Positions 15,609 through 25,100 of a stretch of DNA of 35,171 nt are shown here, in pieces. The translations under genes and the position numbers were made by a program. A model generated the notes under the pieces. It was not told the DNA's origin and made no database searches. It saw nothing but the letters and a program-made list of their open reading frames with translations. Numbering within the stretch: the first letter of the stretch is position 1; each line of letters opens with the position of its first letter. Source of the stretch: a virus. Its lineage: Duplodnaviria; Caudoviricetes. The stretch spans positions 1-35,171 of the IMG/VR virus record IMGVR_UViG_3300020718_000030. One strand, 5' to 3'.

Positions 15609-15858
15609 GAAAAAAGGTGTCTCGCTTGCAGTTGGTCGTGGTGAAAAGTTGCCTGTATCCAAGGGCGCTGGGCTTACTGCCAAAGGTCGTGCTAAGTATA
15701 ATGCGGCTACTGGCAGCAATTTAAAAGCTCCACAACCCGAAGGGGGTCCTCGCAAAAAGTCGTTCTGCGCAAGAATGTCTGGAATGCCAGGTCCGATGAA
15801 AGATGAAAACGGCAAGCCTACAAGGAAGGCTGCTAGTTTAAAGCGGTGGAAATGCTAA
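15601..15858 (+). CDS. Small basic protein, DUF6321-like
   Basis: GLTAKGRAKYN...RKKSFCARM...SLKRWKC; family call is from motif memory. Confidence 0.65.
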   Translation: MAKKKGVSLAVGRGEKLPVSKGAGLTAKGRAKYNAATGSNLKAPQPEGGPRKKSFCARMSGMPGPMKDENGKPTRKAASLKRWKC

Positions 15859-16106
15859 TGAATGATATAGACCCAATTTCAACTGCTAGGGAACTAGCAA
15901 CTCACGCTAACGATATTGAACACCTGCAAGCGGATATGGATAAGATGGTTAACGAGATGAAAGAAATCAAAGAAGCCATTCAAGCTATCCAAAAGACGCT
16001 TGCTGAGGCTCATGGCGGTTGGCGACTATTACTAGGCGTAGGCGGTGCAGCAGCACTTATTGGCGCTATTATGGCTAATCTGTTTCAAGGTTTTTGGAGC
16101 AAATAA
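15858..16106 (+). CDS. Coiled-coil protein with a C-terminal TM helix (XhlA/holin-like; start revised to ATG 15858)
   Basis: Heptad pattern followed by GGWRLLLGVGGAAALIGAIMANLF; TAATG coupling. Confidence 0.6.
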   Translation: MNDIDPISTARELATHANDIEHLQADMDKMVNEMKEIKEAIQAIQKTLAEAHGGWRLLLGVGGAAALIGAIMANLFQGFWSK

Positions 16107-16540
16107 TGCCAAGCACATCAAAGAAACAGCATAACTTAATGGAAGCCGTGGCACATAGCCCTGCTTTTGCTAAGAAAGTCGGAATTAAACAATCCGTAGG
16201 TAAAGATTTTGTTGCTGCGGATAAAGGTAAAAAGTTCGGTGTAGGCGGTGGTATTCGTGAAGATTTACAGACTATTAATAAAAAGAAAACAGATCACGGT
16301 GATACAAAGCTATTTAAAAAAGGTGGTAAAGCTATGGAAAAAGAATCTAAAGCGGAAATGCGTAAAGAAATGGCAGAAGACAAAAAGCAAGACGTTGCCA
16401 TGATTAAAAAAGCATTTAAAGAACATGATGCCCAAGAACATAAAGGTGGTAAAGGTACTAAGATTACTCTTAAAAAGGGCGGTAAAGTACGTGGGGATGG
16501 TATCGCCCAAAAGGGTAAAACTAAAGGACGGATGTGCTAA
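16106..16540 (+). CDS. Lys-rich KKGG-motif protein (start revised to ATG 16106)
   Basis: MPSTSKKQHNLMEAVAH...FKKGGKA...LKKGGKVRGDGIAQKGKTKGRMC. Confidence 0.75.
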   Translation: MPSTSKKQHNLMEAVAHSPAFAKKVGIKQSVGKDFVAADKGKKFGVGGGIREDLQTINKKKTDHGDTKLFKKGGKAMEKESKAEMRKEMAEDKKQDVAMIKKAFKEHDAQEHKGGKGTKITLKKGGKVRGDGIAQKGKTKGRMC

Positions 16541-16804
16541 ATGGCTACTAAACCACTACAACAAGACGAAAACGGTAACATTATTAATGATACTGAAACC
16601 CAAAAAAATCAAAAGGGTTATGCTAATTACGAAAAGCAACAACAATCAGCTCAAAAAGCTATGGAAGATAAAGATACTAAGTTTAAAGAGTCTATTAAAA
16701 CTGGTGTTGAAAAAGTCCGTGGTGTACTAGGTTTGAAAAAAGGCGGTAAAGTACGTGGTTGCGGTATTGCACAAAAAGGTTTAACTAAAGGAAGAATAGT
16801 ATGA
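16541..16804 (+). CDS. Lys-rich KKGG-motif protein
   Basis: Ends LKKGGKVRGCGIAQKGLTKGRIV. Confidence 0.75.
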   Translation: MATKPLQQDENGNIINDTETQKNQKGYANYEKQQQSAQKAMEDKDTKFKESIKTGVEKVRGVLGLKKGGKVRGCGIAQKGLTKGRIV

Positions 16805-16995
16805 AAAAGACAGGTCCAATCGAAGCTGGCGTAGAGCCAATTATCCATAAAACATTAGCCGAGTCTGTAGCTATGCACGCATCTGGTTATAAGCCTCATG
16901 CTACAGTATATGGCGAACATGCTGCTAGCTTTAAAAAACATGACGACCATATCAAGTCGTTTTGTACTGGTGGCGCTATGAAGGCTAAGAAGTAA
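16801..16995 (+). CDS. Small His/Lys-rich protein
   Basis: Ends FCTGGAMKAKK; coupled on both sides. Confidence 0.7.
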   Translation: MKKTGPIEAGVEPIIHKTLAESVAMHASGYKPHATVYGEHAASFKKHDDHIKSFCTGGAMKAKK

Positions 16996-17219
16996 TGAAG
17001 GCTTCCCGTGGAATGGGCGCTATTAGTCCTAAAAAGGTTCCAAAAGGTTCCGAATCCGCCGTCCTTGCAAAAGGCGGTAAAGTTGGGCTATACGAAAATA
17101 TTCATAAAAAGCAAGCTCATATTGCAGCTGGTTCTGGTGAAAAAATGCGTAAGCCTGGGGCTAAAGGGGCGCCTACTAAAGCGGACTTTATTAAATCAGC
17201 TAAGACTGCGAAAAAATAA
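16995..17219 (+). CDS. Lys-rich KGG-motif protein
   Basis: MKASRGMGAI...LAKGGKVGLYENIHKK...SGEKMRKPGAKGAPT. Confidence 0.75.
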   Translation: MKASRGMGAISPKKVPKGSESAVLAKGGKVGLYENIHKKQAHIAAGSGEKMRKPGAKGAPTKADFIKSAKTAKK

Positions 17220-17395
17220 TGGCTACTAAAAATTGGATTAAAGATGCAATTAAAAAACCTGGCTCCTTGAAAAAGGCGTTGGGTGTTGCTGCTGATAAAA
17301 AGATTCCGTCAAGCAAACTAGCTGCAGCTGCAAAGAAACCCGGCAAGATGGGTAAGCGGGCTAGGCTTGCGGAAACCCTTAAAGGATTTAAATAA
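17219..17395 (+). CDS. 58-aa Lys/Ala-rich protein (below the ORF-track cutoff)
   Basis: MATKNWIKDAIKKPGSLKKALGVAADKKIPSSKLAAAAKKPGKMGKRARLAETLKGFK; TAATG overlaps at both ends fill the gap exactly. Confidence 0.8.
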   Translation: MATKNWIKDAIKKPGSLKKALGVAADKKIPSSKLAAAAKKPGKMGKRARLAETLKGFK

Positions 17396-17601
17396 TGCCA
17401 TTACTAGCTAGTCGTAAAAAAAGTGACCGTACAGCAGCTATGCAGGCAGTCCAAACAGTACCTACCCCAAAGCTAAGTGCTTCGCCTTCTACAGCAGCGC
17501 CAGTAGCCGGAGATACTCCTATGGTTTCCCCGCAGGCTATGAAAAAAGGCGGTAAAGTAGCAGGTAAACTTGCTAAACGTGGATATGGAATCTCTAAATA
17601 A
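17395..17601 (+). CDS. Small KKGG-motif protein
   Basis: Ends AMKKGGKVAGKLAKRGYGISK. Confidence 0.7.
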   Translation: MPLLASRKKSDRTAAMQAVQTVPTPKLSASPSTAAPVAGDTPMVSPQAMKKGGKVAGKLAKRGYGISK

Positions 17602-18347
17602 TGACTACAACAGGTACCTCATCGTTTAATCTAGACCTAAATGACCTCGTAGAAGAGGCGTTTGAGCGTTGCGGAAAAGAGCTGCGCACTGGATATGATT
17701 TGCGTACTGCACGTCGTTCTTTAAACTTATTAACTATTGAGTGGGCTAACCGGGGTATCAACCTGTGGACTATTGAACAGGGCGTTATTCCTTTGATTCA
17801 AGGTGTAAATACTTATGACTTACCTGATGACACAATTGACTTACTTGAACACCAAATTAGAACTAATTCTGGTCAAACTAACAACCAAACTGATATCACC
17901 ATCAGTCGCATCAGTGTATCTACCTACTCTACAATCCCTAATAAGCTAAGCCAAGGGCGCCCTATTCAAGTATGGATTAACCGTCAAAGTGGCGCCTTAT
18001 ACCCTACTGGTAATAACCCTGATAGGCACCCTCAAATCACTGTTTGGCCCACTCCAGACCAAGGTACGGTAGGTAACCCTTACTATAACTTCGTTTACTG
18101 GCGTATGCGCCGTATTCAGGATGCTGGACAGGGCGTTACTACCCAAGATATACCTTTCCGTTTCTTAAACTGCATGGTGGCTGGACTGGCTTACTATTTG
18201 TCTATTAAACTACAAGGTGTTGACTTACAGCGTATTGCTGGACTTAAAGCAGATTATGAAGAGCAGTTTGACTTAGCAGCGCAAGAAGATAGAGAAAAGG
18301 CACCGATTAGGTTTATCCCTCGTCAAACGTTCTTAGGTAGTAAATAA
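17601..18347 (+). CDS. Putative head-tail adaptor / tail tubular protein
   Basis: EEAFERCG...ARRSLNLL..EWANRG...GRP...VWPTPD...DIPFRF..CMVAGLAYYL adaptor-like pattern. Confidence 0.65.
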   Translation: MTTTGTSSFNLDLNDLVEEAFERCGKELRTGYDLRTARRSLNLLTIEWANRGINLWTIEQGVIPLIQGVNTYDLPDDTIDLLEHQIRTNSGQTNNQTDITISRISVSTYSTIPNKLSQGRPIQVWINRQSGALYPTGNNPDRHPQITVWPTPDQGTVGNPYYNFVYWRMRRIQDAGQGVTTQDIPFRFLNCMVAGLAYYLSIKLQGVDLQRIAGLKADYEEQFDLAAQEDREKAPIRFIPRQTFLGSK

Positions 18348-18763
18348 TGACAACTCAGTTTGCATCCGGCCGGTTCGCAATTGCTGAATGTGACCGTTGC
18401 GGGTTTCGTTATAAGTTAGTTACACTCAAAAAGCTGACTATTAAGACCAAGAATGTTAGTATTAAAGTATGCCCAGAATGTTGGGAAATGGATCAACCTC
18501 AGTTACAATTAGGGATGTATCCGGTCAATGACCCACAAGCTGTACGGGAGCCACGCCGAGATAATAGCTACTACCAATCAGGCAACAATGGTTTGGATGT
18601 AAATGTAAATGGGGGTACTAGCGTACTAGCAAATGGTACTCCTAGTGGTGGTAGCCGAGTGTTTCAGTGGTCTTGGAATCCCGTAGGAATGAAGTACGAT
18701 TTTGGGGAAACTCAAAATTATTTAAGAGCTGTAGGTAATGTAGGCCAAGTAACAATTAATTAG
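18347..18763 (+). CDS. Zinc-ribbon hypothetical protein
   Basis: CDRCG-x21-CPECW followed by QPQLQL..DPQA..PR. Confidence 0.7.
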   Translation: MTTQFASGRFAIAECDRCGFRYKLVTLKKLTIKTKNVSIKVCPECWEMDQPQLQLGMYPVNDPQAVREPRRDNSYYQSGNNGLDVNVNGGTSVLANGTPSGGSRVFQWSWNPVGMKYDFGETQNYLRAVGNVGQVTIN

Positions 18764-18772
18764 GAGTAGGAC

Positions 18773-18970
18773 ATGGCAAAATTTGATGGTGTTATTAGCA
18801 AGGGTGCAACCAAAGGTAAAAACCTAGGTGACTCAGGCCCTAATGCAAAAATTGATAAGGCAAATAAAAGCCTTGGTAAAACTAATGAAGAAATGAAGGC
18901 CGATGGTCGTAACCGTGCTAAGTTAGCTAACCAGTTTGGTTCAGTTAACCTCAAAGGTAAAGGACGCTAA
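18773..18970 (+). CDS. Small Lys/Gly-rich protein
   Basis: DGVISKGATKG; SD AGGAG. Confidence 0.7.
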   Translation: MAKFDGVISKGATKGKNLGDSGPNAKIDKANKSLGKTNEEMKADGRNRAKLANQFGSVNLKGKGR

Positions 18971-18972
18971 TC

Positions 18973-19215
18973 ATGGCTATTAACAATAAACCTGCTGAAG
19001 TATATGCTAAACCTCATACAATGAGTGGCAAAGCTGTTAGTAATGAACTACCTGCTATGTCTACAGAAACTGGTGTTGAGTTTATTAATAAGTCAAATAT
19101 TGCTGTTGGTAATGTCAGCAAAACTGGCCGTGCTACAGTTAAAACTGATGGCGTTAAACAACGTGGATCTGGCGCTGCTACTAAAGGCTTCACTTCACGT
19201 GGGCCGATGGCTTAA
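18973..19215 (+). CDS. Small basic protein with RG.GAATKG motif
   Basis: Ends QRGSGAATKGFTSRGPMA. Confidence 0.72.
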   Translation: MAINNKPAEVYAKPHTMSGKAVSNELPAMSTETGVEFINKSNIAVGNVSKTGRATVKTDGVKQRGSGAATKGFTSRGPMA

Positions 19216-19230
19216 TAAAGGTATACCCTA

Positions 19231-20199
19231 ATGGATTACACAACTTTATTCAACACTATTAAGACCTATACGGAGAATGATTTTCCGACTACGGTTTTTA
19301 CTGGTGACGATAACCAAAGTACTATTAATTCGTTGGGGTCAACCCAGATTAACACCTTTATTCAGCAGGCTGAAGAGCGGATTTATAACACCGTTCAGAT
19401 ACCTTCTTTGCGTAGAAACGTAACGGGCACACTTACTATTTCTAATCCGTATTTATCTTGCCCATCAGACTTTTTATCTAGCTATTCTTTAGCAGTTGTA
19501 GATGCTACTGGTAACTACACATATTTGCTAAATAAAGATGTTAACTTTATTCGTGAGTCATACCCAACACAGTCATATACCGGTACTCCTAAGTACTATG
19601 CATTGTTTGGTCCACAGCTTAGCTATCCAAATGAGTTGTCTTTCCTTTTAGGACCAACTCCAGACCAAAACTACCAAGCTGAACTGCATTATTTCTTCTA
19701 CCCGCCTTCAATCGTTAAAGGTATTATTACTGCCTATAACGTAACCCAAGCAGGTAGTGGGTATGTAAATGGTATCTATTACAACGTATCTCTTACAAAT
19801 GGTAATGGTACCGGTGCAGTTGCAGATATTACTATTAGCGGTAATGCTATTACAGCGTTTACTCTTGTAGATGGTGGGTCTTTATATCAAGTAGGAGACC
19901 AATTAAGCGCTCCTGCTACTAGCCTTGGCGGTACTTCTACAACTAATTTCTATATTACAGTAGAAGGTGTAAATAACGATACTGGTACTAGCTGGCTTGG
20001 CGATAATTATAGCCCTGTTCTGTTATACGGAACACTAGTAGAAGCATATACATTTATGAAGGGTGAACAAGATATTATTGCCCAATATACTGCCAAATAC
20101 CAAGAAGCTATGGGTCAATTGAAACGTTTGGGCGATGGCCTGGAGCGTGGCGATGCTTACCGTGGTGGCCAAACTAAACTTAATTACAACACTCTATAA
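19231..20199 (+). CDS. Putative second adaptor/connector protein with an inserted beta module
   Basis: FIQQAEERI...GTPKYYA...GPTPDQNY.AELHYF...WLGDN...LLYGTLVEAYTFMK. Confidence 0.65.
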   Translation: MDYTTLFNTIKTYTENDFPTTVFTGDDNQSTINSLGSTQINTFIQQAEERIYNTVQIPSLRRNVTGTLTISNPYLSCPSDFLSSYSLAVVDATGNYTYLLNKDVNFIRESYPTQSYTGTPKYYALFGPQLSYPNELSFLLGPTPDQNYQAELHYFFYPPSIVKGIITAYNVTQAGSGYVNGIYYNVSLTNGNGTGAVADITISGNAITAFTLVDGGSLYQVGDQLSAPATSLGGTSTTNFYITVEGVNNDTGTSWLGDNYSPVLLYGTLVEAYTFMKGEQDIIAQYTAKYQEAMGQLKRLGDGLERGDAYRGGQTKLNYNTL

Positions 20200-20636
20200 T
20201 GTCTATTGCACAGACCCAGACAACGGTATTTAAGCAAAACTGCCTTAGCGGGTTAGAAAACTTTGCTATTGGTACCCCATATACATATAAGATTGCCCTA
20301 TATACAAGCCTGGCAAACCTAAACGCATCTACCCTAACCTATACAACAACAGGGGAGATTACAGGTACTGGGTATACAGCTGGGGGTAAAGTTCTGACTA
20401 TTTCTCAACCCCCAATAGCTGACAATGCTAGTAATACGGCTTTTATTTCATTTGCTAATGTAACTTGGAACCCAGCAGTCTTTACTGCAGCAGGGGCTTT
20501 AATATACAATAGCACTACAAATGCGGCTGTAGCGGTCTTAGATTTTGGCGGTCCTAAGACTCAAAATGGGTTAAATACATTTACAATTACATTTCCAACG
20601 GCGACTTCAAATACCGCCATTTTAAGCATTAGTTAA
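20199..20636 (+). CDS. Putative tail/baseplate structural protein
   Basis: YKIALYT...EITGTGYTAGG...GALIYN...AVAVLDFG pattern. Confidence 0.65.
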   Translation: MSIAQTQTTVFKQNCLSGLENFAIGTPYTYKIALYTSLANLNASTLTYTTTGEITGTGYTAGGKVLTISQPPIADNASNTAFISFANVTWNPAVFTAAGALIYNSTTNAAVAVLDFGGPKTQNGLNTFTITFPTATSNTAILSIS

Positions 20637-20645
20637 GGAACTTTT

Positions 20646-21224
20646 ATGAGCAATGAAAAATCGTTATTTGGAGACAGCGTAGAAGCGACTGTAGCCCGTG
20701 GCGCTGGATCCACCGAAATGTTTGGCCTAGAAGGTGTTTATACAGCCGAATGCCGTGATGCCCAAGGCAACTTAAAATGGTCTGATAGCATTAATAATTT
20801 GACCACCAACGTAGGGCGCCAAAGCCTTTTAAATTCATACTTTGCTAACACTGGTGGTGGCGCAATTGTTATGGGTTTAATGGGGACAGGTACCCCTGCC
20901 TACACAGATACGCAATCTAGCCATACTACTTGGTTAGAAGTTGGCGGTGCTAATGCCCCTACTTATTCTGGAACCCGCCCAACCCCAACATTTAGCGCTG
21001 CTACTAATGCTAATCCAGCTGTTTTATCTACAAGCGCCGCAGTAATTTTTACAATGACTGGTTCTGGTACTGTTGCAGGTGCATTTATTAATATTGGTGG
21101 TTCTTCTACTATTGATAGTACAACAGGCGTGTTATTTAGTGCTGGTGACTTTACTGCTGGTTCTAAAACAGTTACTGCTGGCGATACTATTAACGTAACC
21201 TATACATTGTCTGCAGCGGGTTAA
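20646..21224 (+). CDS. Putative tail structural protein
   Basis: NLTTNVG...GVLFSAGDF...AGDTINVTYT; G/T-rich. Confidence 0.65.
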   Translation: MSNEKSLFGDSVEATVARGAGSTEMFGLEGVYTAECRDAQGNLKWSDSINNLTTNVGRQSLLNSYFANTGGGAIVMGLMGTGTPAYTDTQSSHTTWLEVGGANAPTYSGTRPTPTFSAATNANPAVLSTSAAVIFTMTGSGTVAGAFINIGGSSTIDSTTGVLFSAGDFTAGSKTVTAGDTINVTYTLSAAG

Positions 21225-21227
21225 TAG

Positions 21228-21614
21228 ATGACCTTTGTAGTCTCAGATAGAGTCCGAGAAACCACTAGCACAGGCGGTACAGGTGCTATGACTTTGGGGG
21301 GGGCATTCCCCGGGTTTACCACTTTTACCGCCGCTATCGGCGGTGGCAATACTACTTTCTATACAATTTCTGATTCTACTAATAATACTTGGGAAACAGG
21401 TGCTGGTACATTAGATAGTACTGGTTTAGTGTTGAACAGAGATACAGTATTTAAAAGTTCAAACAGTAATGCATTAGTTAACTTTGCTACTGGACCAAAA
21501 GATATATTTTGTGACTTACCCGCTGAAAGAGCAGTATATAATAATGTAGATGGGTCTTTGGTGTACGACCCAGCAGGGTCAGCTTTAATTTACGCAATTG
21601 CATTGGGCGGCTAA
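21228..21614 (+). CDS. Tail-fibre attachment-type protein
   Basis: DRVRETT...WETGAGT...VNFATGPKDIFCDLPA is a common fibre N-terminal domain; here it ends in ALIYAIALGG. Confidence 0.65.
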   Translation: MTFVVSDRVRETTSTGGTGAMTLGGAFPGFTTFTAAIGGGNTTFYTISDSTNNTWETGAGTLDSTGLVLNRDTVFKSSNSNALVNFATGPKDIFCDLPAERAVYNNVDGSLVYDPAGSALIYAIALGG

Positions 21615-21615
21615 T

Positions 21616-21945
21616 ATGGCAACATTTACCAGCATACAAACTCAAGGTCTAGGCACGACACCCCAGACTATTTTTACCGCCCCTGGAGGTAGTAATTGCG
21701 TTATTATTGGTTTAAATGCAGCCAATACTTACTATACAAATTTACCTATAACTATTAATTTAGTTCGAGGCGGAACAACAACGGCTGTGGTATCTAATTA
21801 TTATGTTGCTGGTGGGGCCGCAGAAGCACTGCTTCCAGGCAATAAATTAGTACTTTTAGGTGGTGACACATTAACTGCATCCACGTATACTAGTGGAATT
21901 ACTAACGGTTTTGATATAATCGTTTCAGCTCTGGAAGGACTATAA
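21616..21945 (+). CDS. Small virion protein (start revised to ATG 21616)
   Basis: VIIGLNAAN...GNKLVLLGGDTL...DIIVSALE beta-sandwich pattern. Confidence 0.65.
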   Translation: MATFTSIQTQGLGTTPQTIFTAPGGSNCVIIGLNAANTYYTNLPITINLVRGGTTTAVVSNYYVAGGAAEALLPGNKLVLLGGDTLTASTYTSGITNGFDIIVSALEGL

Positions 21946-21946
21946 A

Positions 21947-22192
21947 ATGTCAGCAGATGGCGGGTTCTATTTAGGTACGGATTTAAAAAATAAAACTTTT
22001 TACGGTTTTAGGCTAATTAATGCAACGGGTCAATTAGATATTGATACCATAAAAAATGGAGATGGTGTAGTATCTATACCTGATCCGACTTATATTACAG
22101 GCCCAAACGAGTATCAAGCTTGGATCTGGTCAACTGATACATATCAGTTCCAGTGGGGTGATGATGGACATTTACTAATGGTGATGGTATGA
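21947..22192 (+). CDS. Hypothetical protein of the fibre cassette
   Basis: 81 aa; ATGA overlap with the 1041-aa gene. Confidence 0.7.
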   Translation: MSADGGFYLGTDLKNKTFYGFRLINATGQLDIDTIKNGDGVVSIPDPTYITGPNEYQAWIWSTDTYQFQWGDDGHLLMVMV

Positions 22193-25100
22193 CAACAATT
22201 CTTGACTTAGGCAAACTACGGTTCTATTGGGCCGGCGACTATGTAATTACAACTCAATATGAACTTAATGACGTTGTTAAATATGGTGGTAACGTATACG
22301 TATACACTAATGTTGTAAAAACTATTGGTAACCTACCTACAGACACTGCCTACTGGGCATTAATGGTAAAGGGCGTTAACTTCGTTGGTGTATGGGATCC
22401 TGCTGTTCAATACCACATTGGCGATGCTGTTGCTTATGGCGCTGTAGTTTACGTTTCTTTATCGGATAATATTAATAAAGAACCTGACTTATACCCTGCT
22501 ATTTGGTCTACGTTTGTAACTGGTATTCAATATAATGGGGTTTATAGCAATACTACGGCCTATCAACCGGATGACGTTGTAACGTATGGCCCATCTGCCT
22601 ATATTGCAATCCAAACAACAACCGGCCATGATCCAACAAATGCTACTTATTGGTCCCCATTTGTTTCTGGTATTGCTGCTAGTGGTGTATATAACTCCGC
22701 TACTGCATATGTACCTAATAATATCGTAGCCTATGGCGCAAACCTATATATTGCAACTGCTAATACTACAGGTAATTTACCTACTAATACTGCTTACTGG
22801 CAGCCGTTTATCTCCGCCTTTCAAAACCGTGGTGCATGGGTTACATCAACTACATATTACGTAAACGACCTTGTTCAGTATGGCGCTAATACTTACGCTT
22901 GCCAAGTACAAAACGTTTCAGGTGTATTTGCTACTGACTTAGCCGCTGGTAAATGGTCTATCTTTGTATCAGGATTACGTCAACGTGGTGCTTGGACAAC
23001 TGCTACTCAGTATCTACCATACGATATTGTTGTTTATGGCGGTAATACTTATTCTTGCGTAACACTAAATACATCTGGTGTATTTGCTACTGACTTAGCT
23101 GCTGGTAAGTGGCAGATCTTTAACGGTGGTATTCGTTGGAGAGGTACTTGGGCTGCAGCTACACAATATTTAGTTAATGATGTAGTTTATAACTTAACAT
23201 CTTCTTATATTTGCTTACAGGATAATACATCTAGCTCAAACTTTAATACCGACTTGACTGCCGGTGAGTGGCAGATTTTTGCTGCTGGTAATAATGTATT
23301 CCCCGCAATTACTTCTGGCCAAAATGGATACTCATTATCAATCGCTAATGATGGCATTAACTTAGCTTGGCTTAATGCTACTAGTGGTGTAAATATTCTT
23401 TATGTTGCTAAAAATGGTAGCGATTCAAATCCAGGAAATAGCTTAGCCCTTCCAAAGCTAACTATTCAAGGCGCAATTGCGGCTGTTCCATCTGGTCAAA
23501 AGACTGCAATTTTTGTTAAATCTGGTACTTACCAAGAAGCATTATTGCCAATGGTTGTTCCTCCTAACTGCGCTATCGTAGGTGATGCAACTCGTACTAC
23601 AATTGTTCAACCTGGCTCTGGCCTTGCTGCAGATGGTGTAACACCAAACAACCAAGCAACTATGTGGGCGTTATCGGATGGTTCTTTGCTAAATAAGTTA
23701 TCGTTCCAAGGCATGACTGGCTGGGTTCCTGGAGCAACACCTTCAGATATTACTACATCTACGCCAAAAGGTATCTACTGCGCATTAAACCCAGCGTCCC
23801 CAATTATTGTTAAATCACCTTATGTTATTGAGTGTGCTTGCTTCTCTTCTGGTGGTATTGGCGCATACGTTAATGGTAGCGTACACTCATCTGGTAATCG
23901 CTCAATTCTTTTCCATGAGTTCACAGGTATTCACGATAATGGTGTAGGTATTTGGGTTGATAACAATGGTAAATCTGAGTGCGTCGGCGTATTTACTTAC
24001 TACGCTTATTTTGGATATGCAACTACTAATGGTGGTCAGTTACGTTCTATTAGCGGAAATAACTCATATGGTACATACGGATCAGTATCATCTGGATATA
24101 GCGCTGCTGAGACCGCAATTACTGGTTCTTTATATGGTACTTTAATTACTTTTACCGGTAATTACACAGGTACTATTAATCCAGGAGATACGGTATCTAA
24201 CGGTGCTGGTGTAACTGCAACTGTAACTAACGTACAGATTTCTTCTGTCTATGTAACTAACGTTACTGGTGGTACATTTACTGCTGGCCAAACTATTACT
24301 GCTACAAGCGGTGGTGTTGGTATAGTATCTACATATGGTGGGCAACAAGGTTATGTACTTGTATTGAACAATTTGATAGCAGCACCTCAAGTCGGTCAGT
24401 CAGTTCAAGTCGCTGGAGATTCTTCTGCATATATTATTAACGCAACCTCTGGCTCTTGGGTTAATAGCTCTAGTGTTATTTCTGTTGTATTAGCGCAACA
24501 AAAAGCTACGGCTTCAGCATCGGGTTCTACAGTTACGATTCGTTCTAACTTTAGTCTATGCCGTATTACTGCCCATGACTTTTTAAATATTGGTACTGGT
24601 GGTATTACAACTACAAACTACCCTAATACCCCAACACAAGCACCTAATCCGGCTAACCAAGTTCTTCAAACATTGCCTGGTCGTGTTTACTATATTTCTG
24701 CTGACCAAGCAGGTAACTTCCAAGTTGGTTCATACTTTGCGGTTAACCAAGCAACTGGTGCCGCAACACTGAATGCTAACTCGTTTAACCTGTCTGGTTT
24801 GACATCTTTACGTTTGGGTTCGATTGGCGCTCAGTTAGGCGCTCAGATTAATGAGTTTAGTACTGACGGTACAATGGCTCAGAACTCTCCAGTCAAGGTT
24901 CCTACCCAATCTGCGGTTGTTACTTATGTTGGTACTCAAGTTAGTGCGGCTGTTCCAAGCCAAACTGGAAATAGTGGTAAGTATTTAACTACAAACGGCA
25001 CAGTTACTTCTTGGGGTACTGTATCTGTTACACCACAATGGACAGTTACAACAGCGGCAACTACTGCAGTAGCAGGAACCAATTACCTATGCAATACTGC

